A program made the position numbers and the translations under genes. Source: Batkoa obscura (lineage: Eukaryota). Taken from it: a stretch of DNA of 64,000 nucleotides. The number at the start of each line of letters is the position of its first letter. The first letter of the stretch is position 1. Under the pieces are notes generated by a model, which saw nothing but the letters and a program-made list of their open reading frames with translations, searched no databases and was not told the DNA's origin. Location of the stretch: positions 310,001 through 374,000 of the forward strand of contig JASVEC010000017.1 of the NCBI GenBank assembly GCA_030770535.1, given 5' to 3'. Shown here one piece after another: positions 1-13,588 of the stretch.

Positions 1-436
1 AAAAATCTCAAAAATAATATTTCACAAAATAAATTAATTTCCTGTTTTACTTTATTTGTACTAACATACGTACATCATGTATTTAATAAACGCATACGTC
101 TCTAAATTAGCATATATTTCACTTATGGTGAATTTAACTTAATATTGTTTGTAGTATGAATTATTTTAATGATAATATTACAGTTTTTTTAGTATTTTAT
201 GTCATAATTTTACATAATGACTTTCGAAACAAATTTTATTTTAATAAACTGTTAATTTTCTTATATGGTAATTTTGAAATTGGCCTATTTCTTGTTTCAG
301 TTCTATCAACACAATTTAAAAAATGTTACAAATTATTTTTATCTTTCTAATCATTTAATCTGCCCAATCAAACAATTCTTATCAAAATTTGGGAGGTTAA
401 AAAGCAACTGTTTTTAAAAAAGCATGCTCTTAATTA

Positions 437-3400
437 ATGGCGACTTTAGACGAATATAAGGCATACTCACCAACTTGGCCTGGAATAGGATCACAGATAG
501 CTGTGTCTGCTTCAATATCATTAGCTTGTTTAGGGGTGCATGAGTTATTTCGTAAACGTTCCGATTTTCGTCATTTATTTTCAGCTAGATGTTATTTACC
601 AAAGTAACTAATTTATTTAAATAGTAAATTAATCCTCACAATTTTAGAAATCCATCACCACCACCATCGAAGCAACTTTTGGGTTGGGCAAGGACAATAT
701 GGAGAATTGAAGAAACATTTATATTGCATAACGTTGGTTTAGATGCTGTACTGTATTTAAGAGCTTTGAAGCTGATTTTTCAAGTAATGATATTTTTAAC
801 TGTGATAGTGATGCCTATATTGTTACCTGTGAATTATTTCAATGATGGAGTACCAGAAGGAGTAAAGGGAACAGTTCAAGAGTTTTCAATTACTGGTGTT
901 GGAAAAGGATCGAACAAATTTTGGGTTCATACTTTGTTAAGTTCCGTCATCTCTTTAGTTGTTCTATACTTAATTTATAAAAACACAGTCGATTTTGTAC
1001 AACTTAGGCGTATTCATTTTCTAAAAGAAGCCAATGACGGAAATCCTAGATGTAGAACTGTCATGGTTACCAATATACCAGAAGTATTATGTGATGAGGT
1101 TAGGCTAAGAGACCATTTCGAATCTTTAGGTCTTGGACAAGTTCATTGTGTACAATTATTAAAGTATCCGCATAAATTGATTGACTATATGGGACGTAGG
1201 AAAAAAGCTTTAATCGGATTGGAAACTGCGCATACAGAGTTGGCAAGAAACCTTTTATTAGCAGTAAAAGAAGGACACTTACTAGAAGAAGCCTTTTTAA
1301 AATATGATAATGGTTGGGAGTATCAACAAATTAATCAATATCTTAGAGATCCACAAAGATTTTCAAATGCCATTTGCTCAGAAGAGACAAAATTAAAATT
1401 GATGTTACAAACTTCAATTGAATCAGAAACTATAAGTATTTGGGATATAATATTAAGACTTAATTATCAAATATTAGCACCTTTTCATCCATATCATCGT
1501 ACTGGATATAAAACAGGAAAAAGGTGTCAATCAATCAGCTATTTTTATAATAAAATTATTATTTTAGATAGACGCATAAATAAGTTAAGAAACGAAAACG
1601 AAGATGATAAAGATAGTAGCCAGCATTTATATAGTGACGTTACTTCTACAGGGTTTGTAACATTTGCAAACCCTGCTTCTGCTCAACTTTGCGCACAATC
1701 TATCATTCATCCTTCTATTAACAAGTGTCAAACTTATTTAGCACCCGAACCTAAAGATATTTTATGGAAAAACCATACCATGTCTAAATCTTCAAAACTA
1801 ATAAGAAAAGTGTTAGTCAATGTTATTACATGGATTTTAATCATTGCTTGGCTTATTCCTGTAATTCCTTTACTTTCATTGGTATCTTTTGACTCTCTTT
1901 CATTGACATACCCTGAGCTTGCAAAGTTTGGCCGTAATTATCCTTTAGCACAATCGCTACTTCAAACCTTGGTACCAGCAACGTTGTTAGCTATTTTCAT
2001 GTCTATTTTACCCCATATCCTTTACATCATATCATCCATTGAGTCATGGAAGACTTTTTCTGGTTTTGAACGAGCAGTTGCTATACGATATCACTATTTT
2101 TGTATTTTTAATGTTGTATTTTTATTTCTTTTAGGTCCTGCTTTCATAGACTTATTCCTCAAAACTTTAGAGTCTAAGTATAATTTTGTTGAAGAGTTTG
2201 CCACAAAAATAGCCGGTGGAGCTGCTTTTTTCATCAATTATGTTATTTTTAATATTTGTTATCAATTTATGGAGCTTTTGATTTTAGCGTCTCCTTTCAT
2301 CTTATCATTTATGTCATGGGTGTTTCCCAAATCCCCTAGAGAACGTAAGGTTCTTGAACATTCTTGGCCATTTCCCTTTTTTTACCACATCCCAAATCAT
2401 CTTTTAATCTTTGTCATCGTTGCTACTTATTCCACAGTGAACCCATTTATCATTCCTTTTGGTCTCATTTACTTTTTCACTTCTTACTTTATATTTAAAC
2501 ATAATTTTATCTATTGCTATATCAAAAGGTATGAAAGCAATGGAAAAATATGGAATTTGTTTGTTCGTTTCCTTACAGATGGTTTGATAATATCTCAGCT
2601 TACTAATGCTTGTATTTTAATCACAAATGCAGTTTATTATGCTTTGATTCCTACTTCTTTTACGCTCATGACTATATTTTATTTTAAATATTATTACCGT
2701 AAAACATTCCGTCAAAGATTGATGTATATCCCATTAGATTCTCTTAAGGAAGCTGAACCTTCACCACGTTCATCTGTTCATAGACGCTCTTCTCCATCAT
2801 CACCTCGAGCTTCATTAGAAGTTCCAAGTGGCCTTAGAATGCCCCATTTTAAAAAGGATTTAATGTTTAATCCACCAAGCCCACTTGTGTCACCAGCTAC
2901 TTTACCTGCTTCTAGGAATACTAAGCTTACTGAACGCCCTGCTTTACCAGAATCATTTTTATTTACAGTAAGCGATCCTTCAGGAAAAAAGACCAATATT
3001 TTAGAATCTTCAACCAGTGATGCATTTGATAGAAGTTTATCTGCCATATCCGAAGCTAATGGAGAAGATGATATTGAAGAGCAGCCCAATTGGATATATT
3101 ATGCACAGGCCTTTACCCATCCAGCTCTCACCAAACCTATACCTAAAGAATTGTGTGTTAGTAAATATCCACATAATATACACTATGATTTGTACAAAGA
3201 TGTTTTGAAGTTGGATCTGATACTATCTACTTCTGAATCTCACCCTCCTAGGAACCTAATTGTCCCTGATGAATCAAGTCCTGAAAGTGGAGTGCAGATT
3301 GGTATATCTGAGTATTGTCTTGGCCTTGAAAATGGAGCCCTTGATTCTCAGATTTCGCTTTCAACATCTCAACATGTACTTACTCGATCACAAGAGGATC

Positions 3401-3468
3401 CTAGTAAAGATAAGAAGTCATTATTTGGATCGCTTAAAGGGTCTAGGCTTTCTTCTATCAAATGGTAG
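437..3468 (+). CDS. OSCA/TMEM63/CSC1 (RSN1/PHM7-like) calcium-permeable membrane channel
   Basis: ATG 437; GT-AG intron 604-647 joins in frame to the 929-aa ORF. Family motifs GLDAVLYLR, PILLPVNY, RTVMVTNIP, GFVTF, APEPKDILWKN, YESNGKIW; many hydrophobic segments. Confidence 0.92.
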
Positions 3469-4100
3469 TTGTTACTAACGTTTAATAATTCTAATATAAT
3501 ATCTTAATTTTCTAACTAAGTATTTGTTTAATCTTTTGATTTTATTCATATTTATTAAAATAACTATTTAATTATAAACTTAATGTTATTTGATTTTATG
3601 TATTTTAATCTATGTAACCAGAGTATAATAAACTGGTAAGCTTATTTTAATTTGTAAATTGTATTTTTTTGCTAGACCATTATTTCCCAACAAAAGTGAT
3701 ATTTTAAAAGAAAATTTTAAATCTTATTAATAATTTTTGAGTAAAATCTGCAACGTAACTAACTTGAAATTTGAGAATAAAAAAAGGTCTTGTTTAGTAT
3801 TAAATCTTTACTTAAATAACTATAGTTTAAATCATGACTTGTTTACAAATTTTGAGAAACCAGGATAAATAGTGTAATATTTCAACTTTTAATCCAAATT
3901 ACTATAATGTGAATTTGATTTTTTGATTCTTTATGTCCTAAATTCAAATTATTAAACTAAAACTTGATAATCAAGAACATGTCATCATTGTTAACTTTTT
4001 CAAACAATTGATAAAGGCACCAAAGCAATTCAAAAGTATAAATAGTCAAAAAATAAAAATTTAATAAATAAAAATAGTTTATTTAAATATAATCTTTAAA

Positions 4101-5173
4101 ATGGCAACCACTAACAAAAAAATAAAGTAGAAGTACAAATCAACGACTGAGGATGTCTCGAAAAAGGCAAAAAATTGGCACTATTTTCTTATACTCCAGC
4201 TGAGCTCTTAGATAATGATATTGAAATTGAAATCTCCGATTGTGGCATATGTGGCACAGATATCCATATTTTAGACAGTGTTCGGGGGTAATACAAAATT
4301 TCCAGTAATTGTAGGTCGTAAGATAGTAGGAAAAATAATAGCTTTAGGTAAAGATGTAACTAACTTTAAACTTGGTGATAGAGTAGGTGTAGGTGCTCAA
4401 TGTGCTGCTTGTTTATTACCAGATTGTAAACCATGTTCAGTAAAACAAGATGCTCAATGTCCTAAGATGACATGGACTTATAATGATAAGAGATTCAGTG
4501 ATGGAGCTAAAACTTATGGTGGGTATGCTGATAAAGTCAGAGTACAAGGTGATTATGCTTTTCATATTCCAGAAAGTATTCCATCCGATTATGCTGCTCC
4601 TTTATTATGTGCTGGTGCTACAGTATTTTCACCAATGTTAAGATATAAATTTAAAGCAGGTGATAGAGTTGGTGTCGTTGGTATTGGTGGATTAGGTCAT
4701 TTAGCTATTATGTTCGCTAGTAAGCTAGGATGTGAGGTAACTGCGTTTTCAAGAAATGAAAGTAAAAAGGAAGAAGCGATTCAATTAGGGGCTAAACATT
4801 ATGTAGCAACAAGTGATAAAGACCAATTAGAAAAAGCCAAAAACTTATTAGATTATTAATTGTTACCAGTAATACTAGAGGTTCTCAATAGTCTCAATTC
4901 GCTAGTTGGATGGACTTAGAAAGTAGAACTATTTTATTAGCTGCACCAGATGAACTATTAGAAATCCAACCCTTTGTGTCTTTAAGTAAAATTTTATCAC
5001 CTATGTGTAGCTTGATTGGGTTCATTGAAGAAATTAACAAAATGTTATAATTTGCTGCTAAACATGAAATTCATCATCCTATTATTGAAAGATTTAAAAT
5101 GAGGGATGTAAATCAAGGTCTAAAACATGTGAGGAATGGTAAAGTTCGTTATAGAGTGATATTGGAAAATTAA
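4101..5173 (+). pseudogene. Zn-dependent alcohol dehydrogenase (CAD/ADH6-like) pseudogene, copy 1
   Basis: Full-length homology to the 29192-30262 gene. Frameshifts near 4120, 4285 and 4855; stops TGA 4148, TAG 4889, TAA 5048; GHE motif changed to GRK. Confidence 0.93.
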
Positions 5174-5358
5174 AATTAAATTCAAGATTTCTTCATAATA
5201 ATTATTTTTTATTTCTATTTGAATTTTTCGTTTAAAAATGAGCAATCTATAATTTAAAAAAAAAGTATGAAAATATTTAAATTTAAACTAATAATATATA
5301 TTAAAGATAAACTATATATATATTAATATGCTAAACTTGATGCTGAAATTGTTCAATT

Positions 5359-5408
5359 TTTTATTTTTATTTTTATTTTTTTATTTTTATTTTTATTTTT
5401 ATTTTTAC
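5359..5408. repeat. (TTTTTA)n simple repeat
   Basis: About 8 tandem units, one imperfect. Confidence 0.85.
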
Positions 5409-5557
5409 AATAGCTTGAATAAATTTAAATAAAATATAACATTTAGCATAATGTAAATTTATTCAAACTATTATAACGATGTATAAAATAAGTTCAATTG
5501 GTTGCTTTTTTACACTTATAACTTTTTTAAATATTAAAAAAATTAAAAGTAACTGAT

Positions 5558-5656
5558 GGGGATGTGTTTTTATATTTAAGAATTTTACTACCAATTTTTC
5601 CGCTCAAATAGCGCTTAAAAAATGGAAAAAGTGATGAAGCCAAAAAAAATACCTCC
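5558..5656 (+). mobile_element. ~100-bp MITE, copy 1
   Basis: GGGGATGT...ATACCTCC ends, core CAAATAGCGCTTAAAAAATGGAAAAAGTGATGAA, flanks TGAT/TAAT. Confidence 0.85.
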
Positions 5657-6725
5657 TAATATTGATTCCTTTGTCCATTTCATTATTTAAAAGTTTTTTA
5701 AAAATTAATTTACTTTTTGTATGAAGAATAGTTTTAGATATTAATGATTTAATGAAGCTATCACTATAATAAAGCTGTAGTTATAAATTTGACTATATTT
5801 CTCTACATTAATTCCAGTTTAAAAAATACTACTGAATTTTGATTTTATAAACATAATATATATCTTAGTATTAAAAAATCAGAGTACTCCCCATTTCAAA
5901 ATTAATTTTTGTGAGAATGGAATTGAATATTTTTCAAACCTAGTGTTCCTGATTTCTAAAATCAAATCTTGCAAAATTATTAAGGTTAACAACTACAATA
6001 AGCTTTTAAAAACTATCGCTTAAAGCAGATACAATTTAAAATATACTCCTATTTAAATGCATTCAGCCGGTTATAGTTTTTACAACAACAACATAGTCCT
6101 TTAATCCCTTACAAAAACAATAATATACCCTTTTATTGCTCCCTTAAGAAAAATCCAAATTTCTATTCTATAGCCATCTAAATCAATAACAAATCCTTGC
6201 CAATCAAATCGACTCCATTCATTTCTAAAGGGCTGAAAATTCAAGTTAATTAATCGGAATCCTTGATTGGTTTAAATTCATTTTTTTATTGACATTGCAC
6301 ATTCCAAGTGGTAGTAGAAAAAAGTTCAATTTCTACTTTCTGATAAAATCCAATTCAAATTATCAACAACTTACGAGTTTCTAATTAAAAAATTAAAAGA
6401 TTGTTATTTTTAAAAAGGTAGGCTTAGTTTGATTAGCTTTAGAGATATACATTGTTTAATTAGATTAGTATTTTTTATATAAAAAAAGGATTATTAAGGT
6501 TAAAACGGGATTTCTAACTCTTTTTTTGATAGCCCAAGTTTTTTTTAACTTACTGTGTAAGTCGGTAGCATTCGTATTTGCAAAAAAAAAGAGATCCTCA
6601 ATTAAAATTGAATATTGCTATCAATTTTCAATCCACTAAATATTTAACTAATTTTTAAAAATATAAAGTAAGTCCAATATTACCATAAAAATAACTGTAG
6701 TAACCCAAATACTCAGGTCTTTTTT

Positions 6726-9700
6726 ATGGCACCAAAGACAAAAAAATCCAATCGAAATAGTACCTCCAATTCGTTACCCAGAGGAGGTGCTCATTTTCCA
6801 AATCGACGAAAATCCATCATACCAGCGGCTACTTCAGACCTTGGAACAAGTCCATTGCCCCCCAATCCATTAGAAAAGAAGGGTGCTTTGTTAGATAAAA
6901 ACCCAAGGAGAAGAAGTCAATCTTTTAATAGTCCGAATCTAAATTTACCAAAATCACCATCCCCGCCTAAAATGAAAGAAAAACAATTGGAAAAACAAGA
7001 TAGTAGCCCAACAGCTAATGATAATTATGATTCTGATTTATCGGATTACATTGATGAAACTAAAATTGATAAAAAAACATTAGGACCCAAAACAGCAAGT
7101 ATGTTAAATAAAGAAGATATATTAAATCAAACATTTACTAGGTTTCAACAAGAAAGTTTTAAAGATAAAGCTAAATTAAAAGAAATTCAAGAAAAATTTG
7201 AACATTTCAAAACGGAATTTGATTTGTTTCATTCTTCAATATCAAAAATGCCATTCTTTGGTTTAAAAGATCAAATCCATAGTGAAATTTCAGGCTCTAT
7301 GACAAAACCTTCAGGTAATACTCATTCTATGCCCACTCGTAAATTAAAGGGCATGAATCCACGTTCTATTACTCCTAATGTTCTTGGGAATTCAGGTCTA
7401 GATCGATCGAATAGTTCCAGTTTTTTATCTTTATCAAATGAAACTACTTTTTTAAGAGCTTTGCTGTCCGAAATCCAGTATCTAACTGAGTCCGTACCTA
7501 GTTTATTAAATGATGTTAAATCGATTAAAAAACAATATCGAGATGAAAAAGCAAATCGAATTGAAAGTGAAAATCAAATTCGTAGTTTACAACAAAGCTT
7601 AGATTATAAATCAAATATATTAGATCTAAGAGAAAGAGAAATGGATAATATATTAAGAGAAAGTCAACGTAATGAAGATTGGATTAAAGAAAAGAATATG
7701 TTATTATTTAAATTAAAAAATAGTGAAGCTAATGAAAAACAATTACAAGAAAAAATAAGATCGTTTAATGATGAATCAGATAAATATAAAGTAGAAATTC
7801 AACAAATTCAAGAGGAATTAAAAGAAGCAAAGGTTAAATTTACAAATGATAATAATACTTATCGTACTCAAGTTTATTCTACTACTAGAGATAATAAAAA
7901 TTTACAAGCCAAAATCAATCTACTTGAAAAGGAATTAAAATCGTTACAAAATTTCAAATTAAATAAAGTACCATCTAAAGATAATTTAAAACCAATAAAA
8001 AATGAAGAAGAAGATCGATTAAGTTTATTAATTAGTCCAGAAGTTTCATTAGCTACTATGATGAATGGTCAAACACCTACTTATTCAGAAGCAGAATTAC
8101 CAAAGATTGATGCTTATTCAGAAAAGATATCAGAATTAGTCGAAAAGCATAATAAATTAGCTAAAGAATATAGTGAATATCGACGAAAAGCTAAAAGAGA
8201 AAGGAATGAATTAAGAAAATTAAAGGAATCAAATGGAATCAAAAAGATGGGTAGTGATAGTGATAATTCTTTAGAAGAAGAAGAAGAAGAAGATAATGAT
8301 AGTGCTAATGAAGTTTGGGATTTGGATATGATTCGAGAAAATATAGTTAGTGGATTTAAAGAAAAGAAGGTAAAAGTAAATGAAAGTAATGAAAATAAAG
8401 GAAGTTTATTAGGTGGACAATTTAGTTTTGATAATTCCACCACTTCTTATTTAGATGATGGATTATTCAATAAACAATTAGATTTAAATCGTAGAAAAGG
8501 TAACAATAAAAAAGGAAATATTAAAAAAAATAAACTTCAAAAACAAGATCAGCTTCAATTTTCTTCTGAAGAAGAAGAGATCGATTCCAATCAAGAGTTA
8601 GATTCTCATACTGAAAGCGATTATAGTAGAAAATCATCTATTTTTATAATGGATAAAAATTATGATAGTGAACTTCGAGCTGAAACGGAAGTTTCTATTA
8701 ATTTAGGACATGCACTTGAAGCAGCTTCTTATTCTAGTTTAAGTAAATTTGGATCTATTAATGATTTTAAAGAAAATGACAAGAGTATAGAAATTAATAC
8801 ACTTACCCCACCAATATTAAAAGAAATTGTAAATTTCACAATTATGCAATTGAAAAATTCTAATCAAAATCAAACTCATATTGTTGATAAAACATTAGAG
8901 AATAATTTTGATAGTTCATTGTTTATTAATTTAGATCAAAATAATCACAATGATAATTTACAAGTAGAAACTATTTTTAACGAAGCTATTAAAAAATTTA
9001 TTAATGTAGAATCTAAAAACGAACATATTAAAATACCATCCGTTATATTAGAAGATACAAATGAGGATATTTTACAGGATTCATTGAATAAAGAGGTTTC
9101 TCATTTGAATAATTTAGGTAAGTAGTTAAATAATTTTATTAAATTTTTAAAATAAAATAAATTATGATGATGTAACTAATCTATATTTGTTTTTAGATAA
9201 CAAGAATGAAATGAATGTTGCTTTAGATGAAATCAACTTAAAGGAAAATTCAAATCATTTAAATAATCCTCAATTATTAAATGATAGTGGTATCATTGAT
9301 ATTATATCAAGTTCAGAACATACTAAGGAAAGCAATTATCATCATACTAACATAATACAAGATAAAATAGCAAATACTCAATCAATCCCATCAAATGACA
9401 AGATAAAATCAATTAATAATGAAACCATGCAAACTGATAAGGTCGTTGTTGGTAATGATATAACTCCAGTTACTAAATCTTATAATGATAATTCAATTAT
9501 ATTGATTCAAAATGATCAAAAAGATTACCAACTTAATAATAACATTAAATCAACTCAATTACATAATAAAAATAAAGGGGAATTAATATTAATTAATCAA
9601 TTATCACGTGGTAAAATGATTGATGTATCAACTCAAACTATTTCATTAAATAATAACGAATTTGTGGATTTATTAAAATCAAATGATATTAATAATTCAT

Positions 9701-12700
9701 TATTAATTAATAATAAACGAGGAGAAAGGAGTGATTTTAATAACAATAATCAATTAAACAATAAGCTTGAATGGAAACAAACGGAAACAATAATTAATGA
9801 TAAACATTCATCAAATGAAATTCAAGATAAGATTAATAATATTGATTTAATTAAAGATAAGAAATATAATGAATTTGTTTCTAATAGTAATAATAATAAT
9901 AATCAAATGGATCCTAAAGCTAAAAATAAACATAACAATGAAACAAATAATATAGATAATGAACTGAATGAAATTAAACAAGATTTTAATAATTATAAAA
10001 CAATAATTGATAATAACAAGGAATCTTCGGATATTTTAGATTTACAAAATAATGAAGATAAAGAGGATATTATTAATAAAGCTAATAAAAATTCAAATGA
10101 ATTAAGATTCGATTCTAAAGAGATTGAAATGAATCAATCCGAAAGAACAATTCCATCAGTAATTAACACAGAATTAATTAAAGATAATAAAGATAGTAAT
10201 TCGATTGAAATAAACAAAAACATTAATTCTAAAGCGCTAGTTGAGAATAAATTAAATGAATTTGATAAACCAATTACAAATAATAACCATGATAGTTTAA
10301 TTCAAACAAATCAATCTAATAAATCGGAAGTTCTAATTGGATATAAATCAGCTGAATTAAATATATCTTATATCTTAAATCTTATAAAGAATCTAAAAGA
10401 ATCTAAAACTGAGGAAGACCAAGTACAATTTAATAGAATTAAAAACACTATTGATTGTGTGGAAACTAATAATAAATTACTATCAACCAATGAAACTTCA
10501 TCAATTTCACTAAATAACAATAATAATAATAATGATAATAATAATAATCGATCATCTAATAAAAATTCCATCCAAAAATTACAATCATCCGATAGTAACT
10601 TGGAAGCCAATAGAGAAATAAGTCCACTAATTAAAGCAGGTCCATCTAATATGTTCTCACCAACTCATGCGGAATTACCTAATACAGTACCATTACCTTT
10701 CCCTATTACATCACCTGAAAATCAAATCAATAATCCAGACAAAATTAAGGCTTTAAATTCAGCTAATAATAACAATAATAATAATAATAATAATAAATTG
10801 ATAAAGGAAGATTATCAACGTAAAGATACCTTTAATAGTCTAATTGCAGTGGAACAATATGAGCCATTTATGTTGGGTGTTATTACAGGTGGAATTGAAC
10901 AACAAGATGATGTGGAAGTAGGTAATAAAGATGATTCTATTCAAAGACCAAGGATTGAAGATTCAACTTCAAAAGGACAAGTTAATGTACAAGATAATCT
11001 TAAATTGGATAAGTTGGATAATATTAAAGAAGTTAACTATTCTCATAAAGACAACAAAATTCTAAGCTCATCTAATCAAGATCCTTCTGTTAAGGAAATA
11101 AGGATTGAAGACCTAATTTCAAGAGAACAAACTGATGTACAGGATAATCTTAAATTTAATAAGTTGAATAATAATACAAATGATGTTAAAGTATCGATTT
11201 ATTCTCATAAAGACAATGAAGCGTTTAGTTCATCTAAACGAGATAATTCTGTTCAAGAAATAAGAGTTGATAACGGTATTTTAATAGAGAAAGATAATCT
11301 TAAAGCCGATCAATTGCAAAACAATATGGATAATAGTAATAAATCCAGCTATTCTTATAAAGAAAATGGAATTTCAAACTTATCTCATGATATTGAAAAC
11401 AATTATAATAAATCAGAATTAGAATTACAAAATATAAATAGGTAGGTTGAATTGAATATTCTAAATAATTTAATTTTATTAATAATTTTATTAGTAGTAT
11501 TCCATTCTCATCAAAAGAACAATTATTACAAACAAATGAAATTGAATTGAATAATAACAAATCCATTATTAAACAAGAATTTGATGGCTTGATGACTGAC
11601 GAAGAAATTGATAATATGTATAAAATAATTAAAGGAGAAACTACAGATTCAATGATAAGTCCCTCATCAGTTAAATCAAACGATTTATTAGTAGATAAAG
11701 TCATCTTAGGATTAATTATTAATGCAGAAGAAAAAGTAGATTTAGCACTTAAAAAAAGAGCAGGAATTAAATTAGATGATGTGGAAGAATTAAAATTATG
11801 CTTAAAAGAAGTTAAATTAGCGTTTAAATCTCGACATGAAGTGGTCAAAAAAGCATCGAAATCCGAATATCGTTCAAAATCTAATAGTTTTAATGGACAA
11901 AGTCGACCACCTTCAATTCATGATTATTCATTAGATATTAAACCATTTCAACCTATTGTTACTGTAAATGAAAATGAAAATAAAAATGAAAATTCAATTA
12001 AAAATTCAATTATCACAATGGAAGAATCAACATCAAATGTAATACCTTACTCAACAATTGAAAAGAAAAACAATAGTTCCAATCCAAACTTAACGAATAG
12101 TTATACTAATTTAAATGAACCTAGAATTCTTGGACTAAGAAGTCAATCCCGACCTATTTCACCAATTATGCATCATAAAACAAGTTTATTAGGTGTAAAT
12201 GAAAATAAAAGTATAAGTTTTAGTGCCCGTAGTGGTATTTCATTAACTGCTGATCCAGCTGTTGTTTCAGGATTAAACAAAGCTATGGATGGTGAATATT
12301 TAAACAAATTTGTAAAAAGTGGGTTAGGATCCATGATGTATCATCGTCGATTCTTTTGGATTAATCCATATACAAAAGTACTAGCTTGGTCCAAAACACC
12401 ACCTAAAGCAGATTATTCTGGTCCATATCGACAAGTATATGCTCTTTCTGTTACTGAAATTTTTGATGATTATCAATGTGCTTATATAAAAGATCAATTG
12501 GATCGATCCTTACAAATTACTACGAGTACAAGAAGAGTCATTGTTAAAGCAGATTCTATTAAAAAACATGAGCTATGGTATACCGCTTTGAAATTTATAA
12601 CCACACATGAAAAAGATGTTCAATATCAAGATAAAATTGAAAAAAGTTGGGACTTAGATAAGGCTAATTCCGCCTTCTTTCAAGGTACAGTAAAAGAAGA

Positions 12701-12923
12701 AGGACCCACTTTATCTGCTCCTCATACGGGTAGTGATCGAAATAGGTTAAGTAAAATTATAGATAAAATGAATTTTGGTTCCAGTAGTAGAAGATCTAAA
12801 AGTACATCGAGGCCAGAAATTCCAGATTTTAGTCAAGAGGAGCAAAGAAGGTCCAATAACCCTACACCTATTGCTCAGCTGAGAAGTCAAAGTCAAAATG
12901 TGGGGGAGAGATCTGGGTTGTAG
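6726..12923 (+). CDS. Num1/ApsA/Mcp5-like cortical anchor protein (N-terminal coiled coil, Asn-rich middle, C-terminal PH domain)
   Basis: Three ORFs joined in frame by introns 9118-9196 and 11442-11494 (or 11497). C-terminal 'AMDGEYLNKF...HRRFFWINPYTKVLAWS...HELWYTALKF' matches the Num1/Mcp5-type PH pattern. Confidence 0.8.
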
Positions 12924-13588
12924 AGGAAAGAGTGAAGGCAATAATTTTTTTAATGATTTTTTCAAATAATTACTATAAACTTGATTGGTTAATATTTTAT
13001 TTTGTTTTTTTGATGAGCTTTTTTTCATCTTTGTGTCTTCTTTTTTTCAATTTTATTAGTTTGGCTTTATTTTAAGATGAAGTAGTTGATGTGGAGGATG
13101 ATTAGGAATATATTGATATTATCAATATTTTACTTTTTATTGGCGATTAGGGTTTTTTGATATTTATATTCCATCTTTCAGAATAAAAAATAGTATCATT
13201 TTTATCTTTTTAAAAGATATTTTATTGCTATTATTAAGTTATCTATCTAATATTTTTTGCCTTTTAATACAATCAATAAAATTAATAGAATTAATAGAAC
13301 TCATTTTTACTTTCATAAAATCAACTTTCTTTTTTTAATATTAGAACAATATATTTATTTGTTAACAATAACAATTCATTAAAAATATTGTCTTTACCAA
13401 AACTAGAAATTCTTTAAATTAAAAAATCCATTTTCAATTTCTCCGTCTATCAATTAACCTTTATTTGCACCAATCAAAGCCTTGAAAGCCCAAAATTGAA
13501 AATCAATCCATTCAATTGAAAGCTTCAATTTGAACTTAATCATTTTTTAATCCAATATCTCCATTTCCATCTCTATAAATTGTTCGAA

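Noticed and set aside
156..350. 64-aa ORF and similar short AT-rich ORFs (26385, 30938, 48497, 52741, 52818, 60891)
   Set aside because: F/L/I/K/N-biased chance ORFs in intergenic DNA with no motifs
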